Shown: piece after piece, positions 41,408-51,523 of the stretch | How the letters are laid out: every line of letters begins with the position of its first letter | How positions within the stretch are numbered: position 1 is the first letter of the stretch | Origin: Nitrospirota bacterium | GTDB lineage: Bacteria > Nitrospirota > UBA9217 | Reading direction: 5' to 3' | Length of the DNA stretch: 64,000 bases | Assembly (NCBI GenBank): GCA_963845065.1 | Contig: CAWJQQ010000003.1 | Coordinates: forward strand, 160,001 to 224,000 | Notes under the pieces: model-generated | What the model saw: only the letters and a program-made list of their open reading frames with translations | Told to the model about the DNA's origin: nothing | Databases searched by the model: none | Position numbers and translations under genes: made by a program

Positions 41408-43069
41408 ATGATTATTAAAGATAATTTAAGAGCCATGACGTTAAATAAACATATTGTGAAACTGTTACCTGTTGCATTTATTCTTATCTATTTAGTACTG
41501 GCGCTCATCAAGATTAAATACCCTGGTGTTCATTATGACGAAATATTATTTGGGAATGCAGCGATTGGAGGCGTTGACGACGTATTCATTACCTATAAAA
41601 TTGGCCAGTTTCCCATTTTGTTAATGAAGTACATTGGTGCCATGAAGGCCTATATCTATTATCCGATATTCAAAATGTTCGGAATTTCAGCATACTCAAT
41701 CAGGATCCCCGGCATACTCGCTACAGCATTTGCTTTGTATGTTTTATATGCTGCTTTAAAAAAATATTTCACCGATAATATCGCCCTTCTAAGCTTGTTC
41801 TTATTGACGATTGATGCGTCTTTTATTTCTTTATCGCGGTATGATGTCGGCCCGACCATTATAGAATTTCTGATAATGAGTATTGTTCTCTATTTTTTTG
41901 TAAAATATAAACATTCTTATCAAGTAAAGTATCTCTTTTTCATCTTTTTTGCATTCTCAGTAGGGCTATTTAATAAATTAAACTTTATCTGGTTTATAAA
42001 CAGCTTTTACATCGCCGCCATAATCGTCTATTGGAATGCATGGGTTGAATTATTAGGAAAGAAAAGTAGACTTGCACAACTTGGTTTCGCCGTCGGCGCT
42101 ATCCTTTCATATTTAATCTTCGTTGGGTATTTCTTCTTTATTAATGCTGTTTATGATTTGTCTAGACTGCGATCTTTAAGAGAATTAATTCCTCACGTTG
42201 AAGTTGTACTTTTTAATTTAAAAGATTTAATTACGGGTGAAAGTTTTTATAATTATGCCATTGGTGTTATTCATACGAAGTTGAATAATATCTACTTCCT
42301 TCTGATACTGATGCTTGTTGCGTCGGGCCTGACACTTTATCTACTATCGGATAAAATTGTATCGTATACTAAGAGAAGTTACTTCTTTTTTTTGTGCTTA
42401 TTCATTATGAGTTTGTTACAGGTGCTAATCACGAAAGTAGCTAATAATATCTGGCATGTTAATACCGTTTATTGTTTATTTATAATATTGCTGAGCGCGT
42501 CCATTTCCCTTATCCTTGACCATTTCTCATGGAAATCATTAAGGTTCCTCGGATATATATTGGTGATAATAATTGCAACTCATCACTTAATCATGGACTA
42601 CAAATATGTACAAGCGTACGACAAACCAGTGAAAAGCGTTTACTGGTCAAAAAAAATATATGATCTTATTGAATATACGAAAAATGATCCTCATCAATTT
42701 GCTTCTATTGACTGGGGGATTCATACTCAACTTACAGATTTTACAGGTCTCCGACAGAAATATTATGAATTATCGTTCTCCTTCAATAATATGAATCTCT
42801 CACCGCAAAACACCCAAGAATTAATCGCGGAGGTTACAAATTCTAAATATCACTTTTATTATATTACTCATTCTGAGGCGGATACATTCTTTAAGACGGC
42901 TAGAATAAATTTTTTTAAACTCGTCTCTGAAAAAGTTATCAACGTTGCATTGGTAAAAACAATATCTGATGACGATGGCAGAGTAGTATTTGAGATCTAT
43001 GCGCCAGAAACTGTAAAGGTATCCAAACGTACAAAAAACCCGATGTTCCTCAGGAAACCGTATTTATAA
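41408..43069 (+). CDS. GT-C (PMT/ArnT-like) multi-pass membrane glycosyltransferase
   Basis: First loop with HYDE acidic motif, FG.S.YSIR, many TM helices, soluble C-terminal domain. Confidence 0.7.
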   Translation: MIIKDNLRAMTLNKHIVKLLPVAFILIYLVLALIKIKYPGVHYDEILFGNAAIGGVDDVFITYKIGQFPILLMKYIGAMKAYIYYPIFKMFGISAYSIRIPGILATAFALYVLYAALKKYFTDNIALLSLFLLTIDASFISLSRYDVGPTIIEFLIMSIVLYFFVKYKHSYQVKYLFFIFFAFSVGLFNKLNFIWFINSFYIAAIIVYWNAWVELLGKKSRLAQLGFAVGAILSYLIFVGYFFFINAVYDLSRLRSLRELIPHVEVVLFNLKDLITGESFYNYAIGVIHTKLNNIYFLLILMLVASGLTLYLLSDKIVSYTKRSYFFFLCLFIMSLLQVLITKVANNIWHVNTVYCLFIILLSASISLILDHFSWKSLRFLGYILVIIIATHHLIMDYKYVQAYDKPVKSVYWSKKIYDLIEYTKNDPHQFASIDWGIHTQLTDFTGLRQKYYELSFSFNNMNLSPQNTQELIAEVTNSKYHFYYITHSEADTFFKTARINFFKLVSEKVINVALVKTISDDDGRVVFEIYAPETVKVSKRTKNPMFLRKPYL

Positions 43070-43218
43070 GCGAAAAAGACAGGTTCAATATCCGGTGATA
43101 TCGAAGAAACCTATATCGCAAGCACAAGCGTTTTATTTAGGTTTACGGGCAACATTATCGAAATGAATCCAATGCTTTAGATGCCGACTAAAGAAAAGTA
43201 AAGCAGGGGAAAAGATTC

Positions 43219-45021
43219 ATGAATACTTTAAAATTTATAGTTCACTACGCCAGAAAAAGTATCGATATATTGAAGATACACGGTCCAGGCCGGCTTTTTG
43301 AAAAAATTAAATATAAACTGATATATTATTATTATCATGAACAACAGTATCAAATTTGGATTAAAAAGAATGAACCATCACAAAAGGCACTAAATGCACA
43401 AAGAAGCTCAAAATACTTATATCAACCGAAAATCAGCATTATTGTGCCAACCTTTAATACGAGGAAGAATTTTTTAATTGAAATGATAGAGTCAGTGATT
43501 GCCCAGTCATATACCAACTGGGAGCTTTGTATAGCCGATGGAGGAAGTAAAGAAAATGAGGTACAAGAGGGTTTAAACAACTATTCAACAAAAGAAAAAA
43601 GAGTTAAGGTATTGTTTCTACCTAAAAATCTTGGAATTGCTGCGAATTCAAATGAAGCCATTGCTCTTGCTACGGGGGATTTCATTGCATTTCTCGACCA
43701 CGATGACACCCTTGCGCCATTTGCTCTATACGAACTCGTAAAGGCAATCAATGAAAACCCTTCAGCAGACTTTTTCTATTCTGATGAAGATATACTTTCC
43801 GAAGATGGGAAGAGGAGGCTCAATCCTCAATTTAAACCTAATTGGTCCCCAGACCTTTTGCGAAGCGTTAATTATATCTGTCATTTTACTGCGATATCAA
43901 AAAAATTGTTGAATAACATTGGATATTTCAGAGAAGGTTATGAAGGGAGTCAAGACCACGATCTTTTTTTACGCGCCACGGAAAGAGCAAAAGCTATCGT
44001 GCATATTCCCAAAATATTATATCACTGGAGAAATCATTCTGCTTCGGCTGCCATGAATATGTCGTCCAAGATGTATGCATTCGAATCTGGGAAAAAAGCC
44101 GTCAGCGATCATTTAGATAGGCTAAAAATGTCTGGATCAGTTGAAGATGGCTTTTTTTTGGGCTCGTATAAAATTAGATACCATATTAATGACTCGCCAC
44201 GTGTCTCTATCATTATACCGAATACAGACCATGCTCAAGATTTAAAGAAATGCATCCGGTCTATTATCGATAAATCAACTTATCGTAACTTCGAGATAAT
44301 TATCGTTGATTGTAACAGTTCGGAAGATGATGTACTGAAACTCTATATACAGCTAAAAAAACACGATTTTATCAAGATCATCGAATGGCATGCCTCTTTT
44401 AATTATTCGATAGTAAATAATTTCGCTGTTAACCATGCAACAGGCAGTATATTGTTATTTCTGAATAACGACACAGAAATCATTAATCCGGATTGGATAG
44501 AAAGACTGTTGGATCACGCTGTTAGAAGTGATGTGGGCGCCGTTGGTGGTAAACTCTATTATCCTGATAATACCGTTCAGCATGCGGGCATCGTTTTAGG
44601 ATTAGGCGATATTACGGGCCATGCTCATAGACACTTCCCCATGGACTCGCATGGCTATATGGGCAGGCTGCACGTTGTGCAAAATGTATCGGCGGTTACC
44701 GGTGCTTGTCTCATGACTCGGAAAAAAGTCTTTCAGGAAGTCCAAGGTTTTGACGAAGAATATCCTCTGGCATTCAGTGATATCGATCTTTGTTTGAAAA
44801 TGCGTGAAAAGGGGTATCTCGTGGTATGGACACCTTTTTCTGAGCTCTATCACGATGAATCAAAAACGCGCGGTTATGAGGATACAGTGGAAAAACAAAA
44901 ACGATATCGCAAAGAATTAGAGAGGTATCGTATAAAGTGGAAACATGTGATTAATAAATGTGATCCCTATTATAATATAAATCTTTGTCATGAAAAGGAA
45001 GATTTTTCCATTAAATTGTAA
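43219..45021 (+). CDS. Double GT2 glycosyltransferase (RfbC-like)
   Basis: ISIIVPTFN..QSYTNWELCIAD, LDHDD, YSDED, GSQD; second domain VSIIIPN, FLNNDTE, SAVTGACL, DIDLCL. Confidence 0.9.
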   Translation: MNTLKFIVHYARKSIDILKIHGPGRLFEKIKYKLIYYYYHEQQYQIWIKKNEPSQKALNAQRSSKYLYQPKISIIVPTFNTRKNFLIEMIESVIAQSYTNWELCIADGGSKENEVQEGLNNYSTKEKRVKVLFLPKNLGIAANSNEAIALATGDFIAFLDHDDTLAPFALYELVKAINENPSADFFYSDEDILSEDGKRRLNPQFKPNWSPDLLRSVNYICHFTAISKKLLNNIGYFREGYEGSQDHDLFLRATERAKAIVHIPKILYHWRNHSASAAMNMSSKMYAFESGKKAVSDHLDRLKMSGSVEDGFFLGSYKIRYHINDSPRVSIIIPNTDHAQDLKKCIRSIIDKSTYRNFEIIIVDCNSSEDDVLKLYIQLKKHDFIKIIEWHASFNYSIVNNFAVNHATGSILLFLNNDTEIINPDWIERLLDHAVRSDVGAVGGKLYYPDNTVQHAGIVLGLGDITGHAHRHFPMDSHGYMGRLHVVQNVSAVTGACLMTRKKVFQEVQGFDEEYPLAFSDIDLCLKMREKGYLVVWTPFSELYHDESKTRGYEDTVEKQKRYRKELERYRIKWKHVINKCDPYYNINLCHEKEDFSIKL

Positions 45022-45148
45022 TTTATAGAAACAGTTTAAGGAAATATCAAATATAATCATTACTCAGAACTTGTCATATGTCTCAGCTTCCCGATAGTTA
45101 CAACTTGAATAATGCATTTTATTAATGCTGTAAGATAAAGTTTGTCTG

Positions 45149-46294
45149 ATGAGTGAATCAAAAGATAAAGTATTCATAAATGCTACCTCTACGCTGGAAA
45201 ATCCAGTTGGAATAGGTGTCTATACAAAAGAACTTACAGCTGAACTTATTCGTTCATCTTCAGGACACAATATAGATTGCTTGGCCTTCACGAGTTCGCA
45301 TGAATTAAAGAGTTCTTTTACTGATAATATTTCTCTCGTGAGCCGTTATACATCACCATCCCTTAATTATCGTGGATACGTTTTACGATTATTGTGGCTG
45401 CAATTTATCATGGCCTATCATTTGTTGCGACAAAAACCTGATATTATCTATTCCACTGTACCAGAAGGCATGTTAATCCCGCTAGAGAAGCAGATAATTA
45501 CCGTTCATGACTTATTGCCGATCCGATATCCTGAACTGTATCCCAGGATGCGATATCATTTTTCATGCATATTGCCTATCCTGTTGCGAAATGCAAAGGC
45601 GATTATTTGTATTTCAGAACATACCAAGAATGAAGTTATAAACTACTTCGGAATCAGGGACAGTCTAATCCATGTGATCTATGCGGGATTTAACGGTAGC
45701 AGATTTTACAAGAGAAGTAAAGGGTTTGTCTTGCAGAAATATGGGATTTCGAATGACTACCTGCTCTTTATCGGAGACATGAGGCCATATAAGAACTTGG
45801 AACGGACGCTAGATGCAATCAAGCGGCTGAAAAATAGAACTATTCAGTTTGTCATCGGAGGGAAAATAGATTCCCGATTTTATCCTGCTGTAGCAAGAAA
45901 AGTCGGGGAACTTCATCTCGAAGACAGTGTAGTCTTTTTAGACTATGTGCACGAGGATGATTTGCCATATTTGTATTCAGAAGCGAAGTTACTTATCTTC
46001 CCTTCGCTTTACGAAGGTTTTGGTCTTCCTCCGCTGGAAGCAATGGCGTGCGGTTGCCCGGTAATTGTATCTCGTGCAGCAAGCTTGCCGGAAGTTTGCG
46101 GAGATGCAGCTTATTATGTCGATCCACTCAGTGTCGATAGCATTGCTTTAGGGATTTCAACTGTTCTGGATAATGCGAATATCCAAAAAACACTTATTTC
46201 GAAGGGCTTGGAGCAGTCTAAGCTTTTCAGTTGGGAAAAATCGGCCCAGGAACATCTTGAGCTTTTTAAAAATGTGGCGGAATGCAGATTGTAG
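45149..46294 (+). CDS. GT4 glycosyltransferase (MtfB/WbpY-like)
   Basis: TVHDL, PYKN, FPSLYEGFGLPPLEAMACG, FSW. Confidence 0.9.
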   Translation: MSESKDKVFINATSTLENPVGIGVYTKELTAELIRSSSGHNIDCLAFTSSHELKSSFTDNISLVSRYTSPSLNYRGYVLRLLWLQFIMAYHLLRQKPDIIYSTVPEGMLIPLEKQIITVHDLLPIRYPELYPRMRYHFSCILPILLRNAKAIICISEHTKNEVINYFGIRDSLIHVIYAGFNGSRFYKRSKGFVLQKYGISNDYLLFIGDMRPYKNLERTLDAIKRLKNRTIQFVIGGKIDSRFYPAVARKVGELHLEDSVVFLDYVHEDDLPYLYSEAKLLIFPSLYEGFGLPPLEAMACGCPVIVSRAASLPEVCGDAAYYVDPLSVDSIALGISTVLDNANIQKTLISKGLEQSKLFSWEKSAQEHLELFKNVAECRL

Positions 46295-46358
46295 TAATTC
46301 ACATAATTGCTTATTCTTTTATGAGCATTTTAAAACCGAATAACTGTCATGCGCCTTT

Positions 46359-47492
46359 ATGAATAGAAAAGAACCTACGGTTATTATAAATGCCACATAT
46401 ACACACGATAATCCAACTGGACTGGGGGTATATACATATGAGCTTACGAAGGAATTATTAAAAAAGCAGCGTGATATTAAGTTAAAAGCCTATACAAGCT
46501 CGATAAATTTAAAAAAGGAATTTCCCGATATTGTTAAAATGGTAAACCGGAGAACATCACCGTCATTCGGTTGGCAAGGGCATCTTTTGAGAATGCTGTG
46601 GCAGCAATGTGTTCTTCCTATAAGGCTAAAAAACCAAAAGCCGAGTCTCATTTTTTCGACAGTTCCTGAAGGGATATTGTTTCCTTCCATAAAACAGATA
46701 ATTACCATCCACGATATTATCCCGATTAGGTTTTTATCAATGAAATCGAACATGAAATATCATTTTAAGCACACGCTTCCGATTCTCATAAAGAATTCAC
46801 AAGCGATCATCTGTGTTTCTGAATTTACGAAACGGGAAGTGATTAACTTATACGGAATCCATGACAAGCCTGTTTTTGTTATCAATGAAGGATACGATCG
46901 AGAGAAGTTTTATCAAAGGCCCTTTGGAACAATAAAACAGAAATACAAAATTCCTCATGATTACCTTCTCTATATAGGAGATATGAAACCGTACAAAAAT
47001 ATCGAAAAAACGCTTGAAGCTTTTAAGCGGCTAAACCTAAAAAATCATGTCTTTGTAGTCGGAGGAAGAAAAGATTCACGTTACTATCCAAACATTAAAA
47101 AAAAGATAGACGAACTTGCTTTACATGACCGGGTAATCATGCCGGGTTACATAGCCGAGGAGGATCTTCCTAACCTGTATTCCGAAGCAACTGCGTATAT
47201 TCAGCCCTCTCTGTATGAGGGGTTCGGTCTGCCTCCACTAGAGGCTATGGCCTGCGGCTGTCCTGTCATCGCATCACGAGCTGCAAGTCTTCCTGAAGTC
47301 TGCGACAATGCTGCCTGGTATATAGATCCTGAAGACGTGGGCAGCATTGCCGAGGGGATCTCTAAGGTGCTAACGGATACGATGCTTCGATCGTCACTTA
47401 TTCAAAAAGGCTTTGCACGGTCAAAATCCTTCAGCTGGGAACGGTCCGCACAGGAGCACCTCAAAGTCTTTGAGGAGCTTGTGAGATTATGA
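46359..47492 (+). CDS. GT4 glycosyltransferase (MtfB/WbpY-like), paralog of the preceding gene
   Basis: TIHDI, PYKN, PSLYEGFGLPPLEAMACG, FSW. Confidence 0.9.
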   Translation: MNRKEPTVIINATYTHDNPTGLGVYTYELTKELLKKQRDIKLKAYTSSINLKKEFPDIVKMVNRRTSPSFGWQGHLLRMLWQQCVLPIRLKNQKPSLIFSTVPEGILFPSIKQIITIHDIIPIRFLSMKSNMKYHFKHTLPILIKNSQAIICVSEFTKREVINLYGIHDKPVFVINEGYDREKFYQRPFGTIKQKYKIPHDYLLYIGDMKPYKNIEKTLEAFKRLNLKNHVFVVGGRKDSRYYPNIKKKIDELALHDRVIMPGYIAEEDLPNLYSEATAYIQPSLYEGFGLPPLEAMACGCPVIASRAASLPEVCDNAAWYIDPEDVGSIAEGISKVLTDTMLRSSLIQKGFARSKSFSWERSAQEHLKVFEELVRL

Positions 47493-48595
47493 AAATAGCA
47501 ATCATACACGACTGGCTAGTAACGTATGCAGGATCTGAACGAGTGCTTGAAGAGATTATCAAACTCTATCCAGATGCCGACCTATTCAGTCTTATGGATT
47601 TTTTGCCCGAGCACGAAAGACATTTTCTAGGGCACAGGAAAATCCAGACGTCTTTTCTCCAGCACGTCCCGTTTGCAAGAAACAAGTACAGGAGTTACCT
47701 TCCTTTAATGCCCCTAGCTATCCAGCAATTCGACCTTTCCGGTTACAAGCTTGTCATCTCTTCTTCTCACGCAGTAGCGAAAGGGGTGCTGACAACATCG
47801 GATCAGTTGCATGTCTGTTATTGTCATACGCCCATACGGTACGCATGGGATTTACAACATCAGTACCTGAAAGATGCAGGTTTGGACAAGGGCGTTAAGG
47901 GGAAAATAGCCCAACTTATATTACATCAAATTCGCTTGTGGGATTATTCTGCTTCCCGGAGAGTAGATCATTTCATAGCGAATTCACAGAACGTTGCCGC
48001 AAAAATAAAAAAAAATTATGGTCGTGAATCTTCGGTAATATATCCGCCAGTTGATGTAGAGAAGTTCCATCCTGGGTCGAAAAAAGATGACTTTTTTTTG
48101 ACGGTTTCCAGGATGGTCCCTTATAAAAAAATCGACCTTATTGTAGAAGCATTTTCGCAAATTCCTGACAAGAGACTTGTAGTTATAGGAGATGGACCGA
48201 GTCTTTCTAAAGTAAAGTCAAAAGCTGGCAGTAATATTGAAATACTCGGATATCAACCAGATTCCGTCATATGTACCTATCTTCAAAAGGCGAGGGCATT
48301 CATCTTTGCTGCAGATGAGGATTTCGGGATTTTGCCCGTAGAAGCACAAGCTTGTGGAACTCCGGTTATTGCATATAAAAAAGGCGGTGTGCTGGAAACC
48401 TTGATCAATATGCAAACAGGGATTTTTTTCGAGGAACAAACTGTGGCGAGCTTGATCAACGCTGTTCAAGAGTTTGAATGCTCGCAAGACCGTTTCGAAA
48501 GTAATATTATCCGTAAGAATGCGGAAAAATACAGCAGGGATAGATTTAGGAAAGAATTTCTGGCTTTGATGGGAAAGATCATCGTTAATCGATGA
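47489..48595 (+). CDS. GT4 WbaZ-like mannosyltransferase
   Basis: AIIHDWL...GSERV, SSSHAVAKG, CYCHTPIRYAWD, EDFGILPVEAQACG. Confidence 0.88.
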   Translation: MKIAIIHDWLVTYAGSERVLEEIIKLYPDADLFSLMDFLPEHERHFLGHRKIQTSFLQHVPFARNKYRSYLPLMPLAIQQFDLSGYKLVISSSHAVAKGVLTTSDQLHVCYCHTPIRYAWDLQHQYLKDAGLDKGVKGKIAQLILHQIRLWDYSASRRVDHFIANSQNVAAKIKKNYGRESSVIYPPVDVEKFHPGSKKDDFFLTVSRMVPYKKIDLIVEAFSQIPDKRLVVIGDGPSLSKVKSKAGSNIEILGYQPDSVICTYLQKARAFIFAADEDFGILPVEAQACGTPVIAYKKGGVLETLINMQTGIFFEEQTVASLINAVQEFECSQDRFESNIIRKNAEKYSRDRFRKEFLALMGKIIVNR

Positions 48596-48737
48596 CAGAT
48601 GATTGAAGCGAAACATCCCAAACGAAGGAGGATCAGAAAATAACGTAAGCGTGCAGAGTTAAGCACTGTTTTATCTAAACTTGTAATAGAAGACGTTTTG
48701 GCAGTTCAGCGATCCTATAGCAGTGCACCATTGTGTG

Positions 48738-50219
48738 TTAATATGCGCCTTCTTTATTCAAAACAACACGTATGGTTTGAAATAGAATCATGATGTCGAG
48801 CCAGACTGACCAATTGAGCACATACCACGCATCTAGTCTGACCCTCATAGAATAATCCAAATTATTCCTCCCGCTCACTTGCCACAGCCCCGTAATCCCT
48901 GGACGCACCATGTGGTAGTAATCAGAAAACTCCCCGTAGTATTTCGTTATTTCCTCATTAATCACAGGACGTGGCCCGACGAGACTCATGTCGCCGCTTA
49001 GTACATTAAAAATCTGCGGAAGCTCGTCAAGCGATGTTTTTCTCAGAAAAGCGCCCACACGAGTTATTCTGGGGTCATTTTTCAATTTGAAATAAGTTTC
49101 CCATTCAAGGTTCGCACTAGGATCTGTAGTCAGAATATTTTCAAGACGATCCATTGCGTCATGGTACATGCTTCTGAATTTATAAACAGTAAATGGCTGT
49201 CCATTGCGCCCTCTTCTCGGTTGCCGATAAAATATCGGTCCAGGAGAGTCGAGTACAATAAGGAGTCCGAGTATCCCGATAACAAAAAGAAGCAGCGGCA
49301 TAAAAATGAGAGAAATGGCGAGCTCAAGCGACCTCTTTATGAATTTGTTAACGGGTGACTTAAGGTTGTTGTTGATTTTTAGCAAGAACATCTGTTGCAA
49401 AAAAAAATGATGCAGCTCAGTGTTCGTGAGCGATACACCCTTAATGTCAGGAATTAGCAGGATATTTTTTGTATGTTTCTGAATTTTCGCCGTGAGTTCG
49501 GCTAGTTTCTCCACCGCGAGAGAAGGAATCGCTATGATAACCGTAGAGATGTTAAGGATATTTACAAATTTTGTAAAATGTCTGATTTTCCCGAAAACAT
49601 CGTATGTCGAGCCGGCAATTTCCACCTGCCTGCCGATTCTATCATCGTCGTCAAGAAAGCCGATAATGTTATAGCCAAGATGGGTGTTTCCAGCGATTCC
49701 CCTTGCTATGGCTTTCCCTGCTGAACCTGCACCGATAATAATTACGTTGTCCCGCCAGAGACCCATTTTATAAAAAATCTTCTTGCCGATAAAGCGAAAG
49801 AACGGGAAAAAGAACAGACTAAAGCACCAGAGAAAGACAATCGTTAATCGAGAAACATTTTCTGACGTCTTGGTTAAAGAAAGAATAGAGAGAATAGCAA
49901 TCGTGGCTGCTGAAGTTGCTTTACTGAGTTCTCTAGTCTCATCCCAGAATGGGAGTCTCCGAATATAGAGGCGTTCATATAGAATAAAAGATAAAAAAAT
50001 TGATGGAAACCACCAAAAGCCTAAAAAATACAGAAGGGGGAAAGGCTCTAGGAAACTGCTGCTAAAGAGAAGGTACAATAGTTTTCTGAGATAATAAGCG
50101 GCAAGAAGTGATGAATAAAATGCCGCGATATCCAGCAATAACAGCATTATATTTTTAATTCTATTTCTAATATCCTTTATCAAAAACCACCTTCGGTAAT
50201 CTTTATTTATCACGATCAA
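48738..50219 (-). CDS. wbaP: Undecaprenyl-phosphate sugar-1-phosphate transferase (WbaP-like), copy 2
   Basis: [42 protein letters not shown]; start uncertain. Confidence 0.9.
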   Translation of the reverse strand: MIVINKDYRRWFLIKDIRNRIKNIMLLLLDIAAFYSSLLAAYYLRKLLYLLFSSSFLEPFPLLYFLGFWWFPSIFLSFILYERLYIRRLPFWDETRELSKATSAATIAILSILSLTKTSENVSRLTIVFLWCFSLFFFPFFRFIGKKIFYKMGLWRDNVIIIGAGSAGKAIARGIAGNTHLGYNIIGFLDDDDRIGRQVEIAGSTYDVFGKIRHFTKFVNILNISTVIIAIPSLAVEKLAELTAKIQKHTKNILLIPDIKGVSLTNTELHHFFLQQMFLLKINNNLKSPVNKFIKRSLELAISLIFMPLLLFVIGILGLLIVLDSPGPIFYRQPRRGRNGQPFTVYKFRSMYHDAMDRLENILTTDPSANLEWETYFKLKNDPRITRVGAFLRKTSLDELPQIFNVLSGDMSLVGPRPVINEEITKYYGEFSDYYHMVRPGITGLWQVSGRNNLDYSMRVRLDAWYVLNWSVWLDIMILFQTIRVVLNKEGAY

Positions 50220-50482
50220 TTTCGATGCAATAAATCTTGCAGTATTTATAAAATATGTAGCAATACGGATTAATGTGTGAAAAAATGGTTGAAAGGCTGA
50301 ATCTAAAATATTCTAGTTGATGCAAAAATGCAAGAGATATACACACAGGTCAAATGACAGTTTCAACTGGTTATTCGTCGCAAGATAAATCCCATGGTGG
50401 TCTTCTTAGATTAAAAATTTTGTTGAATATTAACGTTGATCTTTAATTTATGCAATCAAAAAAGACGAAGAGCTGAATTGAC

Positions 50483-50511
50483 TTGACATGTAGAATAATC
50501 ATCTGTAACAT
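50483..50511 (+). promoter_or_regulatory. Putative sigma70 promoter of the rfbF operon
   Basis: TTGACA (50483-50488), 17-bp spacer, TAACAT (50506-50511). Confidence 0.5.
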
Positions 50512-50730
50512 TAACTACTTGCGGCGATTTGCAAATAAAGCCCCAGTCAATAATATAATTTTTTTGGCTGAAATATTGAAACAAGAATTTTATAAGAGGA
50601 TTTCAATGCTCTTATGGGCGATGCCAGTTATAACGAGAACTTTTATTTATTGTTATTCTCCACAAAACATATTCGTTGTTATCCGAATATGAATTAGAAT
50701 AATGCATACGATTATTATGGGAGCGAGTGC

Positions 50731-51504
50731 ATGAAAGTTGTCATTCTTGCCGGGGGTCTTGGCACAAGAATCAGTGAAGAAACGGTAGTACGCCCAAAAC
50801 CGATGGTCGAGATCGGCGGGAAGCCGATCCTATGGCACATTATGAAGATTTATTCTCATTATGGCTATAATGAATTCATCGTCTGTCTGGGGTTTAAAGG
50901 GTACATGATAAAAGAATACTTTTCTAATTATTTTCTCCACATGAGCGATGTGACATTCGATATGAAGCAAAATGTCATGGAAGTCCATGAAAGGTACGTG
51001 GAACCGTGGAAAGTCACGCTGGTCGACACTGGCCCGGATACTATGACTGGCGGTCGGATCAAATATGTTGCTCCCTATATCGGCAAGGAAACATTTATGT
51101 TAACATATGGAGATGGTGTTTCCGACATCGACATCGGACATCTGGTCGCTTATCACAAAGCCCATGGTAAATTTGCCACGGTCACAGCAACACAACCTTC
51201 CGGGCGTTTTGGAGCACTAGACTTAGACGATAAAGAGCGAGTGCTCTCTTTTCAGGAAAAGCCAGCTGGCGATGGCTCTTGGGTGAATGGTGGATTCTTT
51301 GTTTTGCATCCGAAGGTTCTCGATCTTCTCACTGAAGACAATACGGTCTTCGAAAAAGAACCGCTCGAAAAGCTGGCCCATGACGGTCAACTGATCGCCC
51401 ATAAACATCGTGGATTCTGGTATGCCATGGATACGCTCCGCGACAAGAACCACCTCGAATCACTCTGGCAGTCCGGCAGGGCCCCGTGGAAGGTCTGGAA
51501 ATAA
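50731..51504 (+). CDS. rfbF: Glucose-1-phosphate cytidylyltransferase
   Basis: LAGGLGTRISEET..PKPMVEIG, MTGGR, LTYGDG, NGGFF, MDTLRD. Confidence 0.96.
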   Translation: MKVVILAGGLGTRISEETVVRPKPMVEIGGKPILWHIMKIYSHYGYNEFIVCLGFKGYMIKEYFSNYFLHMSDVTFDMKQNVMEVHERYVEPWKVTLVDTGPDTMTGGRIKYVAPYIGKETFMLTYGDGVSDIDIGHLVAYHKAHGKFATVTATQPSGRFGALDLDDKERVLSFQEKPAGDGSWVNGGFFVLHPKVLDLLTEDNTVFEKEPLEKLAHDGQLIAHKHRGFWYAMDTLRDKNHLESLWQSGRAPWKVWK

Positions 51505-51523
51505 CTCAACGGAAGACAAACCA

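Noticed and set aside
49399..49407. A9 tract in wbaP copy 2 and several T8 tracts as phase-variation switches
   Set aside because: Short A/T runs are expected in AT-rich Phe/Lys-coding DNA; the frames are intact and no long G/C tracts were seen.
50483..50692. 69-aa ORF upstream of rfbF
   Set aside because: It starts at the TTG of the predicted -35 box, with no RBS and no recognisable motif.
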